Below, piece by piece: positions 1 through 8,979 of a DNA stretch of 57,517 bases. Position 1 is the stretch's first letter, and each line of letters opens with the position of its first letter. The notes beneath the pieces were generated by a model, which saw nothing but the letters and a program-made list of their open reading frames with translations, made no database searches and was not told the origin of the DNA. Origin of the DNA: a virus (taxonomy: Duplodnaviria > Heunggongvirae > Uroviricota > Caudoviricetes); the IMG/VR virus record IMGVR_UViG_3300029305_001878, positions 128,001-185,517 of that record; one strand, given 5' to 3'. The translations under genes and the position numbers were made by a program.

Positions 1-117
1 CCTAATTTCAGTATGAACTGCGCTATCTCTGCCCCGCAGAATGCTTTTGAAAAAATTGGTTATACAATGAATCCTAAATTATTTGATACCGTTGCTAAAA
101 TGGAGGTTATGGGATGA
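1..117 (+). CDS. 3' end of a hypothetical protein (partial)
   Basis: Open frame from the window edge (PNFSMNCAISAPQNAFEKIGY...MEVMG*) ending in a TGA that overlaps the next ATG. Confidence 0.6.
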   Translation, partial: PNFSMNCAISAPQNAFEKIGYTMNPKLFDTVAKMEVMG

Positions 118-590
118 TTTTCGTGGCTAAGTCTTATGAGGGACTGGAAAAAATTGGAAACCCTTATCTTAAATCTGGTCGTTCTTATATCAAAGTCCTG
201 ACTAAGACTGGCCAGGAGAAAGAAGTCCGCGTATATACCGAAGCAGAATATAAAAGAATGTATCCAGAAATCAAGGCTAATGGTAAGGGATACGGCCCGC
301 AAATGAATTGCCTCGGCTTCAAAGATACTGATGATTATATTATTATTTTTGTTGGTAATATTATAAAAAATGAACCTTGGTTTAACGCACGCACTTGTAT
401 GCGCTATCACCGCATTTGGGGTTGGTATGTAGTCGATAAGATGTATCCTACTGAACTCCCCGAAAATGTTTATCCTTGTAAACTCTTTTGGTCAGAAATT
501 GGTCAAGATGATGGCTATCTAAAGGATGAAGCAGAAGTTATTAAAGTTGTGAAAAAGAAAATCAAAGTTGATTTTTTAAAAAAAATATGA
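114..590 (+). CDS. hypothetical phage protein
   Basis: 158-aa ORF with GGAGG RBS, ATGA-coupled to the upstream gene. Confidence 0.8.
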   Translation: MIFVAKSYEGLEKIGNPYLKSGRSYIKVLTKTGQEKEVRVYTEAEYKRMYPEIKANGKGYGPQMNCLGFKDTDDYIIIFVGNIIKNEPWFNARTCMRYHRIWGWYVVDKMYPTELPENVYPCKLFWSEIGQDDGYLKDEAEVIKVVKKKIKVDFLKKI

Positions 591-596
591 TATAAT
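568..596 (+). promoter_or_regulatory. repeated sigma-A/sigma70-type promoter TTGATT-N17-(TGA)TATAAT, about 20 copies
   Basis: -35 boxes start at 568, 2535, 3828, 6475, 7436, 8921, 10599, 10789, 10967, 11641, 12497, 15388, 15619, 15708, 17128, 19140, 22028, 22116, 47340 and 48321. Spacer is 17 nt where counted and often contains the palindrome TTTTTTATAAAAAA. Not seen in 23.6-47.3 kb. Confidence 0.85.
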
Positions 597-620
597 ATAT
601 ATAGAAAGTGAGGAGATAAT

Positions 621-779
621 ATGTATAAAATCGATTATAAGTTCGGTTATGACAATTCTTCCGGTTCTATGGTAATCCCCGCAAGGGATGAAGAAGATGC
701 TTGGGCTGAAGCATATTGTATTCTTACTTTTGATAATGGCTATAATAATGTTATTATTAAATCTATTGTAAAGATTTAA
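621..779 (+). CDS. small hypothetical protein (52 aa)
   Basis: GAGGAG RBS directly after the promoter; MYKIDYKFGYDNSSGSMVIPARDEEDAWAEAY... Confidence 0.7.
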   Translation: MYKIDYKFGYDNSSGSMVIPARDEEDAWAEAYCILTFDNGYNNVIIKSIVKI

Positions 780-789
780 GGTGGTAAGT

Positions 790-1056
790 ATGTTAAATGT
801 AAATAAAATCCTCAAAGAGCACGAGGCTTTAACGCGTGGCGATAAGGTAATCTTCTATGATAAGGATGCTTATGGAGCAGTTCAACAATATCTGGCTGAT
901 AAGAATTGTAGTGAAGACAAAAAAGACTGGCGCTACATTTATGATTATGGATGTGATTATCGTCCTTGGAGCGATGGCGTTCACGCTTCTTGTTTCTTCT
1001 GTTGGTGTAACTTTGAAGGAGTTCAGTATATGAGAGGATTTGATTGTTATGTATGA
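790..1056 (+). CDS. hypothetical protein
   Basis: ORF in operon context; start trimmed to the first ATG. Confidence 0.7.
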   Translation: MLNVNKILKEHEALTRGDKVIFYDKDAYGAVQQYLADKNCSEDKKDWRYIYDYGCDYRPWSDGVHASCFFCWCNFEGVQYMRGFDCYV

Positions 1057-1264
1057 TTGGGCGCCTGGCGAAATGCTTTTCGCAATGGAATGTGCGGGAG
1101 ACCTCCCCACACGCACCGGTAAAATTAATAAGTTTATTTTAGACTATTTACAAGATAAAGATAATGGAATTGAATCTTTAATTGCTGAACTTGGCGGTTT
1201 GACAATGAAAGAAGTTGATTATATTAATCAAGAAATTCAATCCAGGAGTCCAAGATATGTATAG
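1049..1264 (+). CDS. hypothetical protein (ends in TAG; extends to 1285 under code 15)
   Basis: ORF overlapping the upstream stop codon. Confidence 0.6.
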   Translation: MYDWAPGEMLFAMECAGDLPTRTGKINKFILDYLQDKDNGIESLIAELGGLTMKEVDYINQEIQSRSPRYV

Positions 1265-1274
1265 GTGATAAAAA

Positions 1275-2483
1275 ATGATTTATAAAAAGAATGCTTTCCA
1301 AGGTCTATTGGAAAAATTCGCTTGCGAAGTAGACAAGAAAAATTATAAAAAGATGCCTTATTCTACTTGGAAAACAATTAACAAGTGGAATGGCGCAGAC
1401 ATTTGGGTAAATAGCAAGACATATATTCTTGAAGATATTGATTGCCCTTTTAATTACTGCGACTTTGAAATGGATGATGGCAGTTTTGGTCAGTTTCTTA
1501 ATGACATATGGAAAGAAAAAAATAATGCGCCTGGTAGGGCAATTAGATATGTTGATACTGCTACTGGTGAGTTTGTAGATACTGGATTGACTGCGACTGC
1601 TTCTACAGAAAGTAATACTGCGATTACTGCTAATAGTATTAATTCTATTAAGGTATCTCCCTTAATGGTTTATGATAGTTATGATAGCGCTGCTGATTAT
1701 GCTATTACGAGTGATATTGGTGGAAATTGGGGTACAATTGATATTGATTTCGTCACTAATGACGAATTTTATAAAACTATTGAAGATATAAAAAACCGTC
1801 TTGATACAAAGATGGATATTAATGAAAAGGAGAATAATAATAATATGAAGATGTTTGGTAATTTTGATTTTGGTAAGGTTGATGGCAACACTGTCCGTAT
1901 GTCTATGTACGGTCTGGCTGTGAAGAACAATGTCGGTACTTGGGTGTCCTATAATTCTGCTACCAATGAAGTCGTTGATGTTGATGTTATGAACTTTGAT
2001 GGTTCTAACTTTATGTATAAGATGCCTGTTGCTATTGAGCAGGTTAAGGTTGGCGATGTTGTTATCCACAACCGCAAGCCCGTGTATGTTACCGGTATTG
2101 CTGATGGTAAACTGTCTGCTATCGATGTGATGGCCGGTGAAGAGAAGGTTGTCCTGCTGACTCGCAATATGTTTGGCTTTAATTTCGTTACCAAGGTTGT
2201 GTCCCTGATGGATATGACTGGTATGACCAAGCCCTCCGCAGAGAATCCTTTTGGTAATATGTGGATGCTGGCTCTGATGGGCGACGGCAAGGAATTTGAC
2301 TTTAAGGATATGTTGATGATGCAGATGCTGTCCGGTCAGGTTCCCGCAAATGGTATGAATCCTATGCTGATGCTGATGCTGGCAAAGGATGGCGCTGCTG
2401 ATAATGATATGATGATGGCTCTGGCTATGTCTGGCGCTTTCAATACTAATACTCCTGTTTCTATCCCCGAGGCTAATCGATAA
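1275..2483 (+). CDS. hypothetical protein with a Met-rich C-terminal region
   Basis: 402-aa ORF; C-terminal half is rich in M/N/G repeats (NPMLMLMLA, MMMALAMSG). Confidence 0.85.
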   Translation: MIYKKNAFQGLLEKFACEVDKKNYKKMPYSTWKTINKWNGADIWVNSKTYILEDIDCPFNYCDFEMDDGSFGQFLNDIWKEKNNAPGRAIRYVDTATGEFVDTGLTATASTESNTAITANSINSIKVSPLMVYDSYDSAADYAITSDIGGNWGTIDIDFVTNDEFYKTIEDIKNRLDTKMDINEKENNNNMKMFGNFDFGKVDGNTVRMSMYGLAVKNNVGTWVSYNSATNEVVDVDVMNFDGSNFMYKMPVAIEQVKVGDVVIHNRKPVYVTGIADGKLSAIDVMAGEEKVVLLTRNMFGFNFVTKVVSLMDMTGMTKPSAENPFGNMWMLALMGDGKEFDFKDMLMMQMLSGQVPANGMNPMLMLMLAKDGAADNDMMMALAMSGAFNTNTPVSIPEANR

Positions 2484-2584
2484 AAACCTCCTCCTTTCTT
2501 TTCTCCCTCTGATTTAAAATCAGAGGGAGTTTTATTGATTTTTTATAAAAATTATGATATAATATAAATATAATAAGAAAGGAA

Positions 2585-3169
2585 ATGATATCGATGTGGA
2601 TTTTTAAAGTTTTATGGATTATCTTAAAGTGGACTTTAATCCTAGGAGTTCCTATTCTAGGCATTATTCGAGTATGTATATTCTGTGAAGAATGGAAAGA
2701 ACACAATAAACCTTGGGGTCAAGAGACATTAAAAAGTACTACAATGACTTTTGAAAATTTTGCAAAATTATATCCTATTAGTTCTGAAAGATGGTATTTT
2801 AGACCTTATGCAGAAAAAAACTATTCATTTTTAGGTAAAGAAATTGAATGTGTGGGACAGCAACTCTTTTTTAAAGATAATACTAAAATTCCTCAATGGT
2901 CTATTGGATATAAGGCTTTTACACAGATTTATTTTAAGAGTAAATTAGATTTCTTAAAATATCAAAAATGGCTTGAACATCGAGCAGCAATGATTAAAAC
3001 CAATAAAGATATTGAAACTCAAAAAGAAAGCATTGAAAATATGGATGCTATCTTGAAAGTCATTCAAGGAGATATCGATAAAGTAAAAGAAGAGGCTGAT
3101 GAAAAAATTGCTCACGGTCTTAAAGAAACTTATCGAATTTATAAAAACTTTAAATGGGAGGAAATATAA
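2585..3169 (+). CDS. putative membrane-anchored protein
   Basis: N-terminal hydrophobic stretch (WIILKWTLILGVPILGIIRVCIF) and a coiled-coil-like C-terminus; follows a promoter. Confidence 0.75.
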   Translation: MISMWIFKVLWIILKWTLILGVPILGIIRVCIFCEEWKEHNKPWGQETLKSTTMTFENFAKLYPISSERWYFRPYAEKNYSFLGKEIECVGQQLFFKDNTKIPQWSIGYKAFTQIYFKSKLDFLKYQKWLEHRAAMIKTNKDIETQKESIENMDAILKVIQGDIDKVKEEADEKIAHGLKETYRIYKNFKWEEI

Positions 3170-3463
3170 ATGCCGGCTCGTAGAAGTAGTAATAAATATA
3201 CACTTGAGCAGAATGTTAATTTTGGTATGCGCGTCCTCGATGTGCTTGCCGAAGCACCAGAAGCACTAGAAATCAGGCAGATTCAGGCAAGCGATATGGT
3301 TCTTAATACTTTGACTTCTCAAAAGATTGCGCGAGTCCTATCTGAATTGAGTGATATGGGTATGGTTCTTAAAAGTAAGAATGCCCGAACCGGTAAGATG
3401 AACTATAAAGCGCGTGGAGTGTGCGAAGCGCAAGGTTATGATGTAGAAAAGATGGTGTATTAA
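3170..3463 (+). CDS. putative winged-helix DNA-binding protein
   Basis: 97 aa; LTSQKIARVLSELSDMGMVLKSK resembles a wHTH recognition helix plus wing. Confidence 0.55.
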   Translation: MPARRSSNKYTLEQNVNFGMRVLDVLAEAPEALEIRQIQASDMVLNTLTSQKIARVLSELSDMGMVLKSKNARTGKMNYKARGVCEAQGYDVEKMVY

Positions 3464-3528
3464 ATGCGGCGATTCTTTTTCTGTTGGAAGATTGCACCTA
3501 TTTTGTTATTTAGATAAGGAGAATAAAA

Positions 3529-3801
3529 ATGCGTAAGATTATTTGTATGCTGTTGGCAGTTATTATGATTATGTGCTTTACTGCTTGCGGCAATGAATCT
3601 TGGGGTATGGGTAATTATGAATGGCATCATATTCATTTTACTGATATGGTTGAGGGTCATTGCGCAACTATTTCCAAATGGCACGATAATGAAACTGGTA
3701 TTGAAGTAGAAACTGTAGAGAATGGGTCTATGTTTTTGAGTGAAGGGTCTTATATTATGTTTGACTCGGCTTCTAGTTGCCCTTACTGTGAAAATGAGTA
3801 A
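3529..3801 (+). CDS. putative lipoprotein
   Basis: Signal peptide MRKIICMLLAVIMIMCFTAC with a lipobox-like FTAC; AAGGAG RBS. Confidence 0.7.
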   Translation: MRKIICMLLAVIMIMCFTACGNESWGMGNYEWHHIHFTDMVEGHCATISKWHDNETGIEVETVENGSMFLSEGSYIMFDSASSCPYCENE

Positions 3802-3880
3802 AAAAATCAAGAGGGAAAAATTCCCTCTTGATTTTTTTATAAAAATATGATATAATATATATAGAAAGTGAGGGAAATAT

Positions 3881-4156
3881 ATGAATTACCTGTCTATGGA
3901 AACTGCTAATGTTATTAATTTTCGTTCTTTGGCAAGAGAATTGGATATGCCGTTCAGAGAACTGTTTGCGGCTATGTTCCCCGAGAGAAAATACGAATGG
4001 TATGAATATGATACTTTCATTCGTGTTAGTTGGTTTTCTCGTTGCAATGATACTGGTTACGGAGAAGAAACCAATAATTTTTGGAGAACCAAAGTAATTA
4101 GCACTCTTGAAAATTCGGGCTATAAACTGACTAATTTTATTTATTTCGTATTTTAA
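3881..4156 (+). CDS. hypothetical protein
   Basis: ORF with GAGG RBS after a promoter. Confidence 0.75.
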   Translation: MNYLSMETANVINFRSLARELDMPFRELFAAMFPERKYEWYEYDTFIRVSWFSRCNDTGYGEETNNFWRTKVISTLENSGYKLTNFIYFVF

Positions 4157-4172
4157 GAAAGGAATTGATACT

Positions 4173-4412
4173 ATGTATAAGCCTTGGGTTAATGCCGAAG
4201 AATATCTAAAAGCAGAAGAGCAGAAGAGATTTAAAGAAGAAGAAATTAATCATCGTGATTATCTCATTCAAGAAATTATTACCGCTATGAATACTTTGCG
4301 AAAGAATTATCCAGAAGTTGAAATGAGGATCTATTTTTCTTCTAATCAAACTATGGAAGATATCTGTGGAACATTTATTGATGGATTAGATTGTTCTTTT
4401 TCGTTTGAATAA
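4173..4412 (+). CDS. hypothetical protein
   Basis: ORF with AAGGA RBS. Confidence 0.7.
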   Translation: MYKPWVNAEEYLKAEEQKRFKEEEINHRDYLIQEIITAMNTLRKNYPEVEMRIYFSSNQTMEDICGTFIDGLDCSFSFE

Positions 4413-4427
4413 TAAGGAGGAAATGAA

Positions 4428-4688
4428 ATGACTAAAGATATTAAGCAGAAAGCAATTGTTGGTATTTATTCTACCTATGGCTCTATGTCTGCAGAGCAGG
4501 CAAGTTGTTTCATTAAGCGCAAGATGGATTTGACTATTAGCGCAGCCTCCGTATCCGGTGTAATGCGTGCTCTGTATGCTAAGGGGTTTGCGGGTTCCAG
4601 TAGAAATGAAAAGAATAAGACCATTTATTGGTTGACTGTCCCCGCTTGGGAAATTGAAAAGGATGGTGAAAAAGATGGTGGCAAGTGA
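4428..4688 (+). CDS. putative winged-helix protein
   Basis: AAGGAGG RBS; ISAASVSGVMRALYAKGFAGSS...KTIYWLT is wHTH-like. Confidence 0.6.
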   Translation: MTKDIKQKAIVGIYSTYGSMSAEQASCFIKRKMDLTISAASVSGVMRALYAKGFAGSSRNEKNKTIYWLTVPAWEIEKDGEKDGGK

Positions 4689-5496
4689 AATGGCTCGCAC
4701 TCGTGAAAGAGTGGAAGACCATTATGAAGAAGCATTAGAGAAGTTCCAAAAGAATAACATTGTCGGCATCTTTCTTCAAGGTAGTCAGAACTATGGACTA
4801 GAATTACCGGAAAGTGATATTGATACTAAATTGATTATCACCCCTTCCTTTAAAGAGATTGCGCTGAACCATAAGCCTATCTCTACTACTCATATCCGCG
4901 CAAATCAAGAGCATATCGATTTTAAAGATATTCGTTTATATATGGAAACTTTTCGCAAGCAAAACTTGAATTTTCTTGAAATTCTTTTCACCGATTTCCT
5001 TCTAGTAAACGATATGTATGTTGAACAATGGAAGCGTTTGATTAAAGCACGTGAAACAATCGCACATATGAATCCAGTGCGCGCTGTCAGAAGTATGCGA
5101 GGAATTGCTGAACAAAAATATTATGCAATGGAACATCCTTACCCTAGTAAAATGCATCTTATTGAGAAATATGGGATGGACGGAAAACAGGTAAGTCATT
5201 TAATTCGTGTAGATGATTTTCTAACTCGTTATATTCGTGGAGAAGAGAGTTATCAAGAATGTTTACATCCTTCTTTTGATAAAGTAGATGAAATTCTTGC
5301 TTATAAAAAACAAGAAATTCCTCTTGAAATCGCTAGGATTAGAGCAAAAGAAGTTTTAAACCATACTATTCAAATTGCTACAAGTTTTTGTGATAAGTAT
5401 AAAGAAGTTGAAGATCCTAAAATGCGTGATTTGCTTGAAGATGTTTCTTATAATATTATGAAAACATCTGTTATTTATGAAGTAAAAAATAGGTAA
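4675..5496 (+). CDS. predicted nucleotidyltransferase (pol-beta superfamily, PF10127-like)
   Basis: Catalytic signature GIFLQGSQNYGL..PESDIDTK; start codon uncertain (4654, 4675 or 4690). Confidence 0.8.
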   Translation: MVASEMARTRERVEDHYEEALEKFQKNNIVGIFLQGSQNYGLELPESDIDTKLIITPSFKEIALNHKPISTTHIRANQEHIDFKDIRLYMETFRKQNLNFLEILFTDFLLVNDMYVEQWKRLIKARETIAHMNPVRAVRSMRGIAEQKYYAMEHPYPSKMHLIEKYGMDGKQVSHLIRVDDFLTRYIRGEESYQECLHPSFDKVDEILAYKKQEIPLEIARIRAKEVLNHTIQIATSFCDKYKEVEDPKMRDLLEDVSYNIMKTSVIYEVKNR

Positions 5497-5508
5497 TTTG
5501 TTGGTCAA

Positions 5509-5567
5509 TGATAAGCAATCTTCTCATTTTATTTTTGATAAAAATAAAAAGGAGAAGATTGCTTATG
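5509..5567 (+). promoter_or_regulatory. hairpin sequestering the RBS and start codon of the GIY-YIG gene
   Basis: ATAAGCAATCTTCTC pairs with GAGAAGATTGCTTAT, which covers part of AAGGAG and the AT of the start ATG. Confidence 0.7.
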
Positions 5568-6227
5568 GGTTTTATTTATAAAATAAAAAATAATATAAAT
5601 AATAAATTATATATTGGAAAAACAGAACGCTCTATCGAAGAAAGATGGAATGAACATTGTCGTCACGCTTCTTTATATCCAAACATTCCTTTATATAGAG
5701 CAATGTTAAAATATGGAAAAAATAATTTTTCAATTATTTTGCTTGAAGAATGTGATAATTAGATAATTGATGAAAGAGAAATCTATTGGATAAACTATTA
5801 TAATACATATATGGGTGATGGATATAATTGCACTGGTGGAGGCGAAGGTGGAATTAAACCAATTTCTTAGGATGAAATTGAGATAATTGCCAAAAGATAT
5901 TTAAATGGAGAGCGATTAGATCTTTTATGTAAAGAATTTCATCATCGTTATCCAAAAGTTAGAGAAGCATTAATTTAGTATGGAGTTGAAATAAAAACAT
6001 TCGCGGGGCCAGAATCTCAAAGAAAAAAAATTGTAGCAATCAATCCCCAAACAAATAAAATCGAATTTATTTTTAATTCAGTAACAGAAGCAGGAGAAGT
6101 TTTACATAAACCAGGAACAAAACCTTCAAATACTTCTAAAAATATAGGAAGCGTTTTAGGTAAAAATAATATTAGATATGGATATAGATGGAGATTATAT
6201 CAAGAAGGCGATATTATAGGAGATTAA
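5565..6227 (+). CDS. free-standing GIY-YIG homing endonuclease (3 in-frame TAG)
   Basis: GFIYKIKN...KLYIGKT, EREIYWINYYNT...GYNCTGGGEG; TAGs at 5760, 5868 and 5976; frame ends at TAA 6225-6227. Confidence 0.85.
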
Positions 6228-6228
6228 T

Positions 6229-6435
6229 ATGATTGTTTATTTTGAAAATAGCCTAGGAGTTAGGCGCCAAATCGGGAATGCCGATTCCAGTAGCGAAGTT
6301 ATGCGCATTATTCATAATTTTCTCGAAGAGCGCACTTACAAAAGTTATTATACTCGCTCTTGGGTTGAAAATAATGAAACTATTTATGATGTAGGAAGTC
6401 ATAGTGAATTTTTTATTGTTGATGGTCTTATTTAA
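6229..6435 (+). CDS. hypothetical protein
   Basis: 68-aa ORF with AGGAG RBS. Confidence 0.7.
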   Translation: MIVYFENSLGVRRQIGNADSSSEVMRIIHNFLEERTYKSYYTRSWVENNETIYDVGSHSEFFIVDGLI

Positions 6436-6530
6436 ATAACCCATCTATAAAGATTTTTAAAAATAAAGAATGGATTGACTTTCATAAAAATATATGTTAT
6501 AATATAAAAAAATATAAAGGAGAATGTAAA

Positions 6531-7403
6531 ATGATTAAGTTACTTTCTTATTAGGGTGAGCCTACCTTAATTGAAGTTAATCGTTATCCTAATAATGAAG
6601 CCTATTTCAAAATGCCTGCTGACCACGAAGAAAAAGAATATTATGGTATTGAATGGCATTATGAAAGTGATAGCGAAATGTTCATTATTATGTGCCTGAT
6701 TGGGGAATTACCCAGTTTGAAGCATATGCTGTATATGCCTTATTTACCTAATTCAAGAACTGACGCAAAGAAATATGAAGATGATGTTGATACTTTAAGA
6801 TGGTTCTGCAAGTGGGTTAATAGCCTTGGTTTTGAAAATGTAAAAATGATTGATACTCATAGTGTAGTAGGCGCTTCTTTAATTGACAATAGTTATGCTG
6901 TTGCCAATGAAGCATATGCTGTTATGGCTATTGATGAAATTGTTTTAAGTTTAATTGGAAACGCTTCTATGGATGAGGCTCCTGAATGGGCATTAGAAAA
7001 TATCGTTCTTTTCTATCCTAATTATAGTGCTTATAAGAGATATGGCGAGAGTTTAAATCTGCGCGATTTTAAACATACTTATGGATACACAAAGAGAAAT
7101 TGGGAAACTGGCGCATTGTCTAATTTGATGATTGCCGACCCCGAATTAATTGATGGCAAAATGGTTGTTATCATTGATGATATTTGCTCTTATGGTGGCA
7201 CTTTTATTACAAGTGCTGATAGTCTTATCGCCGCAGGTGCTAAAAATGTATATTTATATGTTTCTCACTGCGAAGATACTATTTGGGAAGGCAAACTCCC
7301 TACAAGTGGTTTAATTGACCATATGTATACTACTAATTCTCTAATTAAAGAAAATCAAAAGGAAGATTGGTTGACAATTTTGGAAGCCAATGTTAACGAT
7401 TAA
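6531..7403 (+). CDS. ribose-phosphate pyrophosphokinase-like protein, divergent paralog (1 in-frame TAG)
   Basis: AAGGAG RBS before ATG 6531; TAG at 6552; MPYLPNSRTD, DTHS, VVIIDDICSYGGTF PRTase loop. Confidence 0.8.
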
Positions 7404-7496
7404 AAAATAAAGGGTGCTGGCAACAGCACCCTTTTTTGATTTTTATAAAAAAATATATTATAATATATATATAAAATATGAAAGGAAATGATTTAT

Positions 7497-8069
7497 ATGA
7501 AGTTTCTTGTAATTGTTGATGTACAGCACGATTTTGTTGATGGTTCTCTCGGCAGTGATGAAGCATTTGATGCTTATATGCGCATTCGTGACTATCTGCA
7601 GAATGTAGACGAAAATTATCGTGTACTGTTTACGCAGGATACTCATAATGCAAATTACCTGGATACTTTTGAGGGCAAGCGTTTGCCGGTAAAGCATTGC
7701 ATTAAGGGTGAGCACGGTTGGAAGATTATGAGCGACTTGCGCGCTGAATTCGATAACGCACCTTATGTAATTCATAAGGATACTTTTGGTTCTTTTAAGT
7801 TGCCCATTGAAATGCAGGAAATTCTGAATTTCAATGAAGAAGTAGATGAAATTGAAATTTGCGGTCTTTGTACTGATATTTGCGTTATCTCTAATGCACT
7901 GATTCTACGCGCCGCATTCCCTAGCGCAAAGATTACCTGCTTTGCCAATCTTTGCGCTGGCACTACCCCGATTAATCACGTGAACGCATTGGAAGTTATG
8001 AAGTCTTGTCAGATTGATGTAGCATACATCGCAAAGGTTGGTGAATATAATGATTCGTCTAATCAGTAA
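7497..8069 (+). CDS. pncA: nicotinamidase / isochorismatase-family hydrolase
   Basis: LVIVDVQHDFVDGSLG, TQDTH, HCIKG..GW, KDTFGS, GLCTDICV catalytic motifs. Confidence 0.85.
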   Translation: MKFLVIVDVQHDFVDGSLGSDEAFDAYMRIRDYLQNVDENYRVLFTQDTHNANYLDTFEGKRLPVKHCIKGEHGWKIMSDLRAEFDNAPYVIHKDTFGSFKLPIEMQEILNFNEEVDEIEICGLCTDICVISNALILRAAFPSAKITCFANLCAGTTPINHVNALEVMKSCQIDVAYIAKVGEYNDSSNQ

Positions 8070-8889
8070 TAATTTTCAAGATACTTATACTGTAGATATT
8101 GATAAATTTTCTGCAGGTGAAACAAAATTTCTTCTTCCTTATGATGGGAAATATTATAACGGCATTCATTGGCATTATGAAAATGATGGTGAAATGTTTG
8201 CCATTATGTGTTTGGTAAATGAAATGCCTGCGCTAAAAGAATATTTGTTTATGCCTTATTTCCCGCACGCAAGAATGGATAGGACTAAAAATAAAAATGA
8301 TGTATTTACATTAAAGTGGTTCTGTAAGTGGCTGAATAGTTTGAATTTTAATCTTATTGAAGTGTGGGACCCGCACAGCGATGTATGCGTTGCACTTTTG
8401 GATAATGTACACATAAATCCTATTGACCGTAAAATTACAAAGGCTATTAGATATATTAGTGCAGATGCGGAAGATAAAAATGATTATATTGATAATGAAT
8501 TTGCGCTCTTTTATCCTGACCAAGGTGCTGCAAAGCGTTACAGCGGCAATGGTAAAGTAGGTAATTATTTTTATAGTTGTACTTATGGAAATAAGACAAG
8601 AGAGTGGGGCACCAATCAAATCACTGGCTTAACTATTGCTAACCCAGAAGTAGTTAAGAATAAGGATGTCTTGATTGTAGACGACATTTGCTCTTACGGT
8701 GGTACCTTCTACAGAGCAGCGACCGCACTTAAAGAAGCAGGCGCGCGCAAAGTATATCTCTATATTACTCATTGCGAAAACGCAATTTGGAAAGGCAAGT
8801 TGCCTGATAGTGGTTTAATTGAAAAAGTTTTTACAACTAATTCTATTTACCATTACCTTGGTGAAAGTAATTGGCTTGTTGAGGTCTAA
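8050..8889 (+). CDS. ribose-phosphate pyrophosphokinase-like protein
   Basis: FSAGE, PYFPHARMDR, DPHS, YPDQGAAKRY, VLIVDDICSYGGTF. Confidence 0.85.
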   Translation: MIRLISNNFQDTYTVDIDKFSAGETKFLLPYDGKYYNGIHWHYENDGEMFAIMCLVNEMPALKEYLFMPYFPHARMDRTKNKNDVFTLKWFCKWLNSLNFNLIEVWDPHSDVCVALLDNVHINPIDRKITKAIRYISADAEDKNDYIDNEFALFYPDQGAAKRYSGNGKVGNYFYSCTYGNKTREWGTNQITGLTIANPEVVKNKDVLIVDDICSYGGTFYRAATALKEAGARKVYLYITHCENAIWKGKLPDSGLIEKVFTTNSIYHYLGESNWLVEV

Positions 8890-8979
8890 ATATTAAGGGT
8901 GTTAGCAATAACACCCTTTTTTGATTTTTTATAAAAATTATGATATAATATTTATAGAAAATGAAAGGTGATGATATTA

